From: Nanobdellota archaeon | GTDB lineage: Archaea > Nanobdellota > Nanobdellia > CSSed11-243R1 | Length of the DNA stretch: 64,000 nt | Assembly: GCA_021162365.1 (NCBI GenBank) | Contig: JAGGYW010000020.1 | Coordinates: 9,154-73,153 of the forward strand | Direction of reading: 5' to 3' | Shown: positions 19,182-28,320 of the stretch, one piece after another | Layout: every line of letters starts with the position of its first letter | Numbering within the stretch: position 1 is the first letter of the stretch | The notes under the pieces: model-generated | Seen by the model: the letters and a program-made list of their open reading frames with translations, nothing else | The model's database searches: none | Told to the model about the DNA's origin: nothing | Translations under genes and position numbers: made by a program

Positions 19182-20429
19182 ATGGATTCCATACTCAAAA
19201 AGGTGTTGAAAAAGATAACTCCAACGAAAGTAGAGATAGATAAATTAAATTCTGTTATAAACCTTTCTAAGTCAAAACTTGAGGAGCAGATAGATAAAAT
19301 GAAAATAAATGCAGAAGTTTTTGTTGGTGGAAGTATTGCAAAAGGAACATGGTTAAAGGGAAAACATGATGTTGATTTATTTGTTAGGTTTGATGGGTAT
19401 AATGAAGATGAAATTGGAGATATACTAACAAAAATTGTAAAATCTGCTTTTGGTAAGTGTATAATAATGCATGGGAGCAGAGATTATTGCAAAGTTAATT
19501 TCAAGGGATATGAAATTGAGTTTGTCCCAGTTATGAAGATTGCATCACCAGGCGATGCAAGGAACAGCATGGACGCTTCATTATTTCATGTTGGTTATGT
19601 AAAAGAAAAAATTCTAAGGGATCCCAAGCTTGCAGATGAGATTAGATTATTCAAGGCATTCGCAAGGACGTGTGGAGTATATGGTGCAGAAACACACATT
19701 TCTGGAATTTCGGGATATGTCAGTGAACTTCTTATGATTTACTTTGGTTCATTTAGAAATTTAGTTGAAAAGTCAGACGAGCTTAAACCTCCAATTTTCA
19801 TAGATATAGAACATCACTACCCTTCTATATCCACCATTAAGAATGCACTGTCAAGTTCTAAGTTAAAATCACCCATTATTTTGATAGACCCTGTCTTAAA
19901 AAGCAGGAATGCATGTGCAGCCCTCAGTTACACAACTTTTTCACATCTCTTACTTTCATTGAGATTGTTCAAGAGAAAGCCATCTGCATCCTTCTTCAGG
20001 GAGCGTAAGGTTTCTCTTGATGACATAAAGAAGAGAAGTAGGATTAGGGGGACAATACTTGTTATGGAGAAAGTAAAATTAAGTAAGGACACAAAAAAAG
20101 ATATATTTCTTGCTAAATTAAACAAACTTCTTAATAGAATTAGATCTTCAATTGAAAGAGAGGGTATAGAAGTGTATGGCTTTGGATATATTGTTGAGGA
20201 TAAGTTCGTTTTAATTTATTTTGAGATTGAAACTCTAAAGCTTTCGAAAGTAAAGAAGCACTATGGGCCACCGGTATGGGTCCCAAAAGAGCATTTTGAT
20301 GCGTTTGTTAAAAAGTGGAAGAAAGTGTATATAGAAGGTGTGAATTTGGTTTGCGATGTTAAACGTAAGGAAACAAATGTTCGAAAAATTGTTAAATCAA
20401 TAGTTAGCAAGGGTCTTAAAGATGTATGA
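19182..20429 (+). CDS. cca: CCA-adding enzyme (archaeal class I tRNA nucleotidyltransferase)
   Basis: GGSIAKGTWLKGKHDVDLFVRF nucleotidyltransferase motif at the N-terminus; about 415 aa. Start set at MDSILKK to avoid a divergent overlap with lhr. Confidence 0.85.
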   Translation: MDSILKKVLKKITPTKVEIDKLNSVINLSKSKLEEQIDKMKINAEVFVGGSIAKGTWLKGKHDVDLFVRFDGYNEDEIGDILTKIVKSAFGKCIIMHGSRDYCKVNFKGYEIEFVPVMKIASPGDARNSMDASLFHVGYVKEKILRDPKLADEIRLFKAFARTCGVYGAETHISGISGYVSELLMIYFGSFRNLVEKSDELKPPIFIDIEHHYPSISTIKNALSSSKLKSPIILIDPVLKSRNACAALSYTTFSHLLLSLRLFKRKPSASFFRERKVSLDDIKKRSRIRGTILVMEKVKLSKDTKKDIFLAKLNKLLNRIRSSIEREGIEVYGFGYIVEDKFVLIYFEIETLKLSKVKKHYGPPVWVPKEHFDAFVKKWKKVYIEGVNLVCDVKRKETNVRKIVKSIVSKGLKDV

Positions 20430-21345
20430 GGACTATTCAAAATTTCTTCTTAATAGATTTAAGAAACTTTTTAAAGATGATTTCAAAAAAGTTATGAAGG
20501 TATATTCTACTCAGCCACGTAAAGCAATTAGAGTAAATACTTTAAAAACAAGTGTTGGGTGGTGTCTCTCAAGATTGGAAAAGAAAGGATTTAAGTTTTC
20601 AAAGGTCCCTTGGAGTGGATATACTTTTTTTGTAGAAAAAGAGCCAAAGGCACTTTCATCTACTACAGAATACTTGCTCGGCTTTTTTTACATTTTGGAC
20701 CCAACAAGTGTGCTTCCACCTATTGAGCTTTCTCCCAAGGTAGGAGAGGTTGTTCTGGATATGACTGCTGCTCCTGGAGGGAAGACAACACACTTATCTC
20801 AGATGATGAAAAATAAAGGGGTAATCGTCGCGTTAGAAAAGAACAAGCAAAGAATACACTCACTAGTTAATAATATTGAGCGAATGGGCTCTGAAAATGT
20901 GATTGTTGTCAAATTAGACGCAAGAAATGCGAGGAAATTAAACATAAAATTTGATAAGGTCTTGTTGGATACACCTTGTTCATCAGATGGCACTATAGGT
21001 AAGAATCCAGAGTTAAAGAAGAGAATTAAAAAGGAAGATTACTTAAAATTCCCAAAGATGCAGCGTTCCCTTGTGAGAGCAGCACATTCTGTCCTTAAAA
21101 GAGGAGGTATTTTGCTTTACTCTACTTGCTCCACAGCTCCAGAAGAAAATGAGGAAGTTGTTGAGTTTGCAGTAGAAAATCTTGGATTTAAACTGCTCCC
21201 ATTAAAGACGAAGGAATTTCTTTATGAAGGGATGACAGAATTTTTTGGGAAGCCACATAGCGAATATCTAAGTAGGTGTGGGAGGATTATGCCTTTTCAG
21301 TACAACACCCAAGCATTTTTCCTTGCAAAACTTAAGAAGACATAA
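20422..21345 (+). CDS. NOL1/NOP2/Sun-family RNA cytosine-C5 methyltransferase
   Basis: SAM-binding (DMTAAPGGKT) and catalytic Cys motifs (DTPCSSDG, STCS) of the NSUN/RsmB family. Confidence 0.8.
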   Translation: MYEDYSKFLLNRFKKLFKDDFKKVMKVYSTQPRKAIRVNTLKTSVGWCLSRLEKKGFKFSKVPWSGYTFFVEKEPKALSSTTEYLLGFFYILDPTSVLPPIELSPKVGEVVLDMTAAPGGKTTHLSQMMKNKGVIVALEKNKQRIHSLVNNIERMGSENVIVVKLDARNARKLNIKFDKVLLDTPCSSDGTIGKNPELKKRIKKEDYLKFPKMQRSLVRAAHSVLKRGGILLYSTCSTAPEENEEVVEFAVENLGFKLLPLKTKEFLYEGMTEFFGKPHSEYLSRCGRIMPFQYNTQAFFLAKLKKT

Positions 21346-21514
21346 TCTTTTTTGAGAGTAGATGTAGAAGCGCCCCAGCAATTACCAATATACTTGAAAT
21401 TAATTTGTCCCAGAAAAATGAGATAAACCCACTCACTACAAGCACCAATGCAATTAAGTTTAAAACAATATGTTTTTCCATAGGCTTATATTTAAGTTTT
21501 TCATCTTTAAATTT

Positions 21515-22006
21515 ATGGGTTTCGTAAAAGTAGACGCAAGGGAATTTAAATGGCTAGACTCTATTCTGCCTAAAGTTACTTCCCTTTTTAATGATAAAGT
21601 CTTGCTTTTGAAAGATGGGAAAGAATTATATCTCCTTACGGATGATGTATATACTTCATTTAAAAAGTTAAACAAACCTCCGGAGTTTGCGGGCGTTTTA
21701 TTTGCAAACATTTCAGATGAAGTAAAGTTTAGTTTTTATGTTGCGGATAACTATTTTAAATTCGGTAAAAGAAAGGTTATAGTTAACAAATACGGGGAGG
21801 AAAAATTTCTCTACAAGCGAAATCTGACAGGTAAACACATAATAAGTTTTACCAACGACTTTTCTGAAGGGGACCTTGTTTTAGTTGTAAACAAGGTGGG
21901 GGATGTATTAGGGTTTGGCAAAGCTCTTTTTTCAGCTAAAGATGGAATCAGGCAAGGGACATTAATTAAAAATGTATTAGATAAAGGTTACTTTGTCAAA
22001 CATTAG
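21515..22006 (+). CDS. PUA-domain protein, Nip7-like (60S biogenesis factor homolog)
   Basis: About 163 aa. C-terminal PUA-like segment (GDLVLVVNKVGDVLGFGKALFSAKDG). Size and architecture as in archaeal Nip7. Start taken at MGFVKV. Confidence 0.45.
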   Translation: MGFVKVDAREFKWLDSILPKVTSLFNDKVLLLKDGKELYLLTDDVYTSFKKLNKPPEFAGVLFANISDEVKFSFYVADNYFKFGKRKVIVNKYGEEKFLYKRNLTGKHIISFTNDFSEGDLVLVVNKVGDVLGFGKALFSAKDGIRQGTLIKNVLDKGYFVKH

Positions 22007-22008
22007 TT

Positions 22009-22698
22009 TTAAACTCTTGTTAAATCTATGAGGATTACTCCCGTCTTTTTTATTGCTTTTGAGAGAGGCCCACTTGGTTCGGAAGAATATCCAGAAACAA
22101 GTGGATTAAAAGAAGGCATTATTATTACATTTATCATTTTGTCGCTTTTATATCTCTTTAGTTTATCAATCTCCAATTCTCCAACTATCCAGCACGGGTA
22201 TTTGTGAGTAACACCAGATTTGTCTTTGAGTTTAAGTGTTGGGTGAGTATGTGCCATTACTATCAATTTACTTTTTAAGATGGCTTCGCTTGGATATTTA
22301 TGCCCATGGATGAAGAGCACATCATCTATTTTTAATTCACCCACTACAACAATATTCTTCGTAGGAATTAATTTTTCAATGTTGCCATCATGATTCCCTT
22401 TTATAATTACTATTTCATCAAATAGTTCTGAGATTGCCCTTAGAAATCGTTTTACTTCAAATGTTTCTTCCAAAGTTATGTGGGGTATGTTGTGCTTGAC
22501 ATCCCCAAGTAAAATTAATTTGTTTGTGTTTGTTTTATCTCTTAATCTTTTTATTCTTTCTACAAAGCTTTTTGATTGGCGGGGAATAGTGTATCCCTTC
22601 TCTTTTAGTACTTTTCCGTATCCAAGATGTAAGTCTGCAATAACTAAGTAATCTTTATACACTAACACCCCTTCATTTTTTACGAATTGTATTTCCAT
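22009..22698 (-). CDS. Calcineurin-like metallophosphoesterase (small Mre11/SbcD-like phosphoesterase)
   Basis: Phosphoesterase motifs DLHLG, GDVKHN, GNHD, GH...HTH in canonical order; 229 aa. Confidence 0.7.
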   Translation of the reverse strand: MEIQFVKNEGVLVYKDYLVIADLHLGYGKVLKEKGYTIPRQSKSFVERIKRLRDKTNTNKLILLGDVKHNIPHITLEETFEVKRFLRAISELFDEIVIIKGNHDGNIEKLIPTKNIVVVGELKIDDVLFIHGHKYPSEAILKSKLIVMAHTHPTLKLKDKSGVTHKYPCWIVGELEIDKLKRYKSDKMINVIIMPSFNPLVSGYSSEPSGPLSKAIKKTGVILIDLTRV

Positions 22699-22735
22699 CC
22701 AAAGTTATTTATTCTTTAATCATATTTAAAATCCT

Positions 22736-23263
22736 ATGGAGCAATGTATTTTTTGTAACATAGTTGCAGGGAAAATCCCGAGTTACAAAGTTTACGAAGA
22801 TGAGTTTCTTGTAGCTATTTTGGACATAAACCCAGCAAATCCAGGGCATATCGTTTTGCTCCCCAAGCCACACATAAGGTCGATTATGGAGTTGTCCCCA
22901 CAGCAACTTTCAAAGTTAGCAATTGTTGCTCGTGCCCTTTCGCTAGCATTACTAGAATTTGGTGCTGAAGGCGTAAATTTTTTGTATTCTATGGGTGAAG
23001 CTGCTGGCCAGAGGAGCCCTCATCTTTTAATTCACATAATCCCAAGATACAAAGAGGACAAAGTCAGGTTTATTTGGGAACCAAAGAAATTCTCAGAAGA
23101 GGATTTAAAAAAGCACCAGCAGAAGCTTTCTTCGTTAATAAATAAAAGCGTCCAAACACAGCAACAAGTCCACCAGCCGCCGCAACAACGGGTTGTCAAA
23201 AAAGAAGAACCACAGCAGAAACGAATTTATTCTCTTGAGCCCAGACATGGTGGGTATTGGTAG
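22736..23263 (+). CDS. HIT-family (histidine triad) nucleotide hydrolase with Q/P-rich C-terminal tail
   Basis: N-terminal CIFCNIVAGKIPSYKVYEDE and histidine-triad region (HLLIHIIPRY). The last ~45 aa are Q/P-rich low complexity. Confidence 0.7.
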   Translation: MEQCIFCNIVAGKIPSYKVYEDEFLVAILDINPANPGHIVLLPKPHIRSIMELSPQQLSKLAIVARALSLALLEFGAEGVNFLYSMGEAAGQRSPHLLIHIIPRYKEDKVRFIWEPKKFSEEDLKKHQQKLSSLINKSVQTQQQVHQPPQQRVVKKEEPQQKRIYSLEPRHGGYW

Positions 23264-24085
23264 CTAAATAAAAAGAAGTTTCAGTAGGATGTTTCCAAAC
23301 AATATTGTTATTATCAACGATATTAGGAAGGATGGAACGAATGGAATCCCTATTTTAATTTTTACTTTCTTTATCTTTGATTTCGCTTTTTTGAGCTTTT
23401 TAATATCCGAAATTGTTAGGCCAATATTTCGTTTTTTAACATACACTTTCCCATTTAATTTTATGTCGTTAACGAGCCAATCTCCTTCAGTTAGTTTGTC
23501 AATTGGGACATACCTCTCCATTAATTTGTTTTCTATTTTTTTGATGAACAATAGTGATGTAAGGGATATAACCACTATTGCGCCAAGGAATGCAACTGCA
23601 GGAGGCAGAGTATAAAACATTGCAATTATTAATCCCATCGACACAATAAGAGAAAGCTTTTGGTATATGTTAAACTTAAGTTTCTTATGGCTTTTGAGTG
23701 CTAAGATTGCTATTCCGGCAATCCCATAAAATGCACCGACAAACAAGGTGTTTAGTAGGAAGTTTGCGAAAAATGGTATTCTTTCTCCAGGGAAGGAGCA
23801 CATTAAAATACCAATTCCCGCCATTATTTTTACATCTCCTCCCCCCCATTGACCTGTTTTGTACATCATGTATGCAAATCCAGCAAGGGCTGCGAATGAG
23901 ATGGGGACCCAAAGAAGTACACTCACATCTTTACTGAAGATATACCAAATGATTCTTATTGCAATTGCAATTGCAATAAAAAAGTAGCTTAAGAAGTCCG
24001 GGACTTCACGTGTTTTTATGTCATTTATGCTTGCTATAGTTAGCATTATCAATGATGTGGTAATTGCAATTAGTTGAAACAACAT
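23264..24085 (-). CDS. A24-family type IV prepilin / preflagellin peptidase (PibD/FlaK-like)
   Basis: Polytopic membrane protein carrying both catalytic Asp motifs (NDIKTREVPDFL and WGGGDVKIMAGIG). Confidence 0.65.
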   Translation of the reverse strand: MLFQLIAITTSLIMLTIASINDIKTREVPDFLSYFFIAIAIAIRIIWYIFSKDVSVLLWVPISFAALAGFAYMMYKTGQWGGGDVKIMAGIGILMCSFPGERIPFFANFLLNTLFVGAFYGIAGIAILALKSHKKLKFNIYQKLSLIVSMGLIIAMFYTLPPAVAFLGAIVVISLTSLLFIKKIENKLMERYVPIDKLTEGDWLVNDIKLNGKVYVKKRNIGLTISDIKKLKKAKSKIKKVKIKIGIPFVPSFLISLIITILFGNILLKLLFI

Positions 24086-24122
24086 AAAAAAGATTAAAAA
24101 AGTATTGTTTATAATTCTTGTT

Positions 24123-24878
24123 ATGGCACTTTACTTAATTGGACTTGGATTGTATGATGAGAAGGACATCTCCGTTAAGGGACTGGAAGCTGCTAAAAAG
24201 TGTAATAAACTCTTCATGGAAGAGTATACTTCCAAGCTTGGTGTTGATAAATCAAAAGTGGAAAGCTTAATTGGAAAAGAAATAATCCTTCTGCGAAGAA
24301 GAGATGTAGAGCAATCTGATCTTTTAATTAACGAAGCATCAAAAGGGGATGTTGCTTTTCTTGTGGGCGGGGATCCGTTAACTGCTACAACTCATATTGA
24401 TATTCTAATCCAAGCAAGAAAGAAGGGGATTAAAACAAAAGTTATACACGCTTCTTCCATTTATACTTCTGTTTGCGAATCCGGGCTTTTCATCTACAAA
24501 TTTGGGAAGAGTTGTTCTATTCCTTTTCCAACGGAAAATTATAATCCAAGCTCCTTTTATGACACAATTGTTGAAAACTTAAAGATGGGACTGCACACAA
24601 TCGTATTTTTAGATATTCACGGGGAAGAAAATAGATTTATGACAGTTAATGAAGGACTTAAAAGAATTCTTGAGGTAGCAAAAGAGAGGAAGGATAATCA
24701 AATTAACGAGGAAACTCTTGCAGTTGGTTTTGCAAGAATGGGATCGGATGACCAAGTAATTAAATTTGGTAAGATAAAATATTTAATTAACTTTGATTTC
24801 GGAGCACCGCAACACATTTTAGTAATTCCTGGAAAGCTACATTTTGTAGAAGAAGAGGCACTTAAATTGTATCAATAA
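24123..24878 (+). CDS. dph5: Diphthine synthase
   Basis: N-terminus MALYLIGLGLYDEKDISVKGLEAAKK matches the diphthine synthase signature; about 250 aa tetrapyrrole-methylase fold. Confidence 0.85.
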   Translation: MALYLIGLGLYDEKDISVKGLEAAKKCNKLFMEEYTSKLGVDKSKVESLIGKEIILLRRRDVEQSDLLINEASKGDVAFLVGGDPLTATTHIDILIQARKKGIKTKVIHASSIYTSVCESGLFIYKFGKSCSIPFPTENYNPSSFYDTIVENLKMGLHTIVFLDIHGEENRFMTVNEGLKRILEVAKERKDNQINEETLAVGFARMGSDDQVIKFGKIKYLINFDFGAPQHILVIPGKLHFVEEEALKLYQ

Positions 24879-25702
24879 ATTTTAAAGTCAACAACGACCC
24901 TCCAAATTCGTGGTGCAAGTTGCCCACATTTTCTCTTCCGTAAGATTCTTGTTTTCCTTCTCAATTTTTTCTCTGCATCTTTTATTTTCTTAATTGCACC
25001 TTTAAACAATTCTTCCTCTGGAAGGAAGAAGTAACAATGCACAATTGCATTTGGTTTTGCTACATAGAAAGCAACATCAAGAAATTCCCACGCATGCATA
25101 GGTAGATTCATTATGATTCTATCTGCCCTGTGTTTCCATCTGTGTTTTTTCACTACTTTTCTACAATCTCCAACATATGCCTCAATCTTGTCTTCAACTT
25201 TGTTTAGCTTTGCATTTTCTTTTAGGTACTTTATCGCGTGCGGATTTATATCAATTACAACAACTTTTTTGGCTCTTTTTGCAGCAGGAATTGCATAGGG
25301 GCCAACGCCTGAAAATAGATCAAAGACAACTTCATCCTTCTTTATTTGATTTACAACTCTCAGGTGTTCTGTTCCAAGCCGTGGCGAGAAGTAAACCTTG
25401 TTTATATCTAATTTTAACCTTACCCCATTCTCAACATGAATTGTTTCTGTCCTTTTTTCTCCTGCAATTACTTTGACTGGTCTTACCCTCTCTTCTCCTG
25501 AGGTAGGTCCTATCTTTTTTACAACAACTTTCACATTCTTATGTAGCTTCATTATCGCGTCCGCAATTATTTTTTCTTTTTTTTCAATATTTGGTGGTAT
25601 CTCTATCTGTGCTATATCCCCCACTATGTCAAAACCACGTCTAACTGAAGCTAATTCCTCCTTACTTAGCTTGCCTTTGAGAATTTCTTTAAGAGTTGCC
25701 AT
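24872..25702 (-). CDS. Met-10+-like class I SAM-dependent tRNA methyltransferase (Trm5/Taw2 family)
   Basis: VFDLFSGVGPYAIPAA SAM motif and NPH...NLP motif characteristic of Trm5/Taw2. Confidence 0.7.
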   Translation of the reverse strand: MATLKEILKGKLSKEELASVRRGFDIVGDIAQIEIPPNIEKKEKIIADAIMKLHKNVKVVVKKIGPTSGEERVRPVKVIAGEKRTETIHVENGVRLKLDINKVYFSPRLGTEHLRVVNQIKKDEVVFDLFSGVGPYAIPAAKRAKKVVVIDINPHAIKYLKENAKLNKVEDKIEAYVGDCRKVVKKHRWKHRADRIIMNLPMHAWEFLDVAFYVAKPNAIVHCYFFLPEEELFKGAIKKIKDAEKKLRRKTRILRKRKCGQLAPRIWRVVVDFKIY

Positions 25703-26654
25703 TGTTTAACACAGAACCCCTTCCAAGAGTTGTTGAGATTTTTACCCCATCTCCAATTTTACACCCAATGTCTAAAATTGAGTTTACAATATGGCAATTG
25801 TTTCCTATTTTATTATCTTCAAATATAACTGAATTTTTTATTATGCAGTCCCTACCAATTTCTGTCCCGTTATATATTACTACAGGACCAACAAGTTTTG
25901 TTCCTTCACCTATTTTTACATTCTCATCTATCCAGTTTTCTTTTCCATATTTTCTTAATATATACGCTGTTGCTTCAAGATAAGAAGATGGTCTCCCCAC
26001 ATCGACCCAAAATGAATCACTTACAAAGCCATTTATCTTTCCACCCTTTTGTAATATTAGTGGGAATAGCATGCCTGTTGAATCGAGAAATTTCTTTGGT
26101 ATATACTCTATGATCTTTGGCTCCATTATGTATACACCCGTAGAAATCAAGTTGCTCGGCTCTTTTCCAATTGGTGGTTTTTCAACAAACTCAGTTATTC
26201 TAATCCCATCCAATTTTGCAACACCATACCTCCATGGCGTCTCCGTTTTGGCTAGAGCTATTGTGACAACAGCAGGGTTTTCTTTATGAAACCCAAACAT
26301 TTCTTTTAAGTTTATATCAGTAATATTATCTCCAAGAACTAATGCAAATGTTTCATTTATCTTAGATTTTTCAACAGCATATTTTATTGCTCCTGCACCA
26401 CCCAGTCTTTGGGGCTCTTTTATGAAATAGATATTTGCATTTACCTTATTTTCAGAAAAATATTTCTCAATTGCTTCAAATAACTCGTGGCTCCCTATTG
26501 ATATCCATATTTCATTAACCCCATTTTCAATTAAGTAATCAACGATGTGTCTTAGCATAGGTTTATCTACAATAGGGAGCATGTGTTTTGGCCTAACAAA
26601 TGTGAGCGGTTGCAGCCGTGTTCCAAAACCACCGGCTAAGATTATTGCTTTCAT
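25689..26654 (-). CDS. Sugar-1-phosphate nucleotidylyltransferase with C-terminal left-handed beta-helix (hexapeptide) domain
   Basis: MKAIILAGGFGTRLQPLT NTP-transferase signature. C-terminal hexapeptide repeats (IGEGTKLVGPVVI..., IGNNCHIVNSIL...). Confidence 0.8.
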   Translation of the reverse strand: MKAIILAGGFGTRLQPLTFVRPKHMLPIVDKPMLRHIVDYLIENGVNEIWISIGSHELFEAIEKYFSENKVNANIYFIKEPQRLGGAGAIKYAVEKSKINETFALVLGDNITDINLKEMFGFHKENPAVVTIALAKTETPWRYGVAKLDGIRITEFVEKPPIGKEPSNLISTGVYIMEPKIIEYIPKKFLDSTGMLFPLILQKGGKINGFVSDSFWVDVGRPSSYLEATAYILRKYGKENWIDENVKIGEGTKLVGPVVIYNGTEIGRDCIIKNSVIFEDNKIGNNCHIVNSILDIGCKIGDGVKISTTLGRGSVLNNGNS

Positions 26655-27568
26655 TTTTTGTCCCTCAAATAGTTTAAGGTGTCAATAATTGCTTCCTTTA
26701 TGTTATACTTGGGTGCCCATCCAAGCGACTTTAGTTTCTTAATTGAAAGCAACATTTGTGGGATGTCCCCAGGCCAACCAATCTTCCCACCAGTAAACTT
26801 AAATTTGACATTACTTAGTCCAAGTTCATTAACAATTAGTTCTGCAATTCCCTTAACAGAAATCTGTTCTTCGCTTCCCACATTAAATACATCATATTTT
26901 TTGTTTAACTTTTCTGCTGTGAAAACTGTTGCATCAACACAATCTTTTACATGCAAGTATGATTTCTTTTGTGTTCCATCGCCAAGGATTTCAAGTTCAT
27001 TTGGATTTTTCAATAACTTGTGATAAAAATCAAATATTATTCCATGCGTTGATTTCGGGCCAATGATATTTGCATATCTTAACGATAGGCAGTTTATTCC
27101 ATACAAATTTGAGTAACTCATCATATAATTTTCACTTGATGCTTTTGCGGCCCCGTAGTTGCTGATGGGCTTTATTGGTGCTTCTTCAGGTGTTGGAATT
27201 TCAGCTATCCCATATACAACAGAACTTGATGAGAAAACAAATTTCTTGACATCATTTATTCTTGCTGCTTCCAGGACATTAAGCGTTCCCTTTGCATCAA
27301 TTTCAAAGTTTTTAATTGGTTCATAATAGCTCTTTCTGACATCTGGGTCTGCAGCAAGGTGATAGATAATCTCTACATCCTTTGCGGCTTCTTTTAGTTT
27401 TTCTAAATCTAGGATACTTCCTTTGATTATTTCACAGTTTATTCCATCTAAAAATTCCTTTTTTCCGCTCGAAAAGTTGTCATAAACAATTACTTCACGT
27501 TCTTTTGAGAGTTTTTCAACTAAGTGACTCCCAATGAATCCTGCCCCACCCGTTACTAATATTTTCAT
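26651..27568 (-). CDS. NAD-dependent nucleotide-sugar epimerase/dehydratase (UDP-glucose 4-epimerase family)
   Basis: MKILVTGGAGFIGSHL Rossmann motif and YxxxK catalytic region. Confidence 0.8.
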   Translation of the reverse strand: MKILVTGGAGFIGSHLVEKLSKEREVIVYDNFSSGKKEFLDGINCEIIKGSILDLEKLKEAAKDVEIIYHLAADPDVRKSYYEPIKNFEIDAKGTLNVLEAARINDVKKFVFSSSSVVYGIAEIPTPEEAPIKPISNYGAAKASSENYMMSYSNLYGINCLSLRYANIIGPKSTHGIIFDFYHKLLKNPNELEILGDGTQKKSYLHVKDCVDATVFTAEKLNKKYDVFNVGSEEQISVKGIAELIVNELGLSNVKFKFTGGKIGWPGDIPQMLLSIKKLKSLGWAPKYNIKEAIIDTLNYLRDKK

Positions 27569-27643
27569 AAAGACTCTTAGATTTTTAACATTAAAAAAGG
27601 TTGCTTAATAAGTTTTTTAACTAATTATCTGTGTATATCATAT

Positions 27644-28285
27644 ATGGTAAAACCAATTTTTATTGGAATGGGTGGTAGCTCAGGTTCTGGAAAAACAACT
27701 GTTGCAAGGAAATTACTTGAGGAACTCCCTAAGATAAGTAAAAAGATAGGGAAAGAATTGAAGGGTGTTGTTATATCCATGGATGATTACTACAAAGATT
27801 TATCTCATCTACCTTTAAGCGAAAGGAAGAAAGTTAACTTAGATGACCCAAGGCAAATTGATTTTAACTTGTTAAATAGGCAAATGAATCAGCTTTTGAA
27901 GAGAAGGGCCATTAAGAAGCCAATTCATTCTTTTGAAAAGTTTACTCAATTGAAGAGGAGGGAGTTGGTTGGCCCCGTTGATGTAATAATCCTTGAGGGG
28001 ATATTTGCTCTCTATAACAAGAAGTTGTTAAGTAAAATGGATTATAAGGTGTTTGTAATGACAGACCCAAGAATATCCATCCTACGTAGAATTTATAGGG
28101 ATACTATTGAACGTGGAAGAGATTTGAAAGATTCAATAGAGTATACTTTAAACGTTGTTATCCCCATGCATGATAAATATGTTTTTCCGACGCGGAAAAA
28201 TGCAGATTTTTTAATAATTTGGGAAGGTAATGCAACTAGGGCAATCAGTGGGCTAAAAGCATTAATTATTGACTATTTCGAATAA
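27644..28285 (+). CDS. udk: Uridine kinase
   Basis: P-loop GMGGSSGSGKTT, DDYYKD, and the udk hallmark RRIYRDTIERGRD. Confidence 0.8.
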   Translation: MVKPIFIGMGGSSGSGKTTVARKLLEELPKISKKIGKELKGVVISMDDYYKDLSHLPLSERKKVNLDDPRQIDFNLLNRQMNQLLKRRAIKKPIHSFEKFTQLKRRELVGPVDVIILEGIFALYNKKLLSKMDYKVFVMTDPRISILRRIYRDTIERGRDLKDSIEYTLNVVIPMHDKYVFPTRKNADFLIIWEGNATRAISGLKALIIDYFE

Positions 28286-28320
28286 AAATATTTATTAACT
28301 CCTCTTAGGTTTCCTTATTT

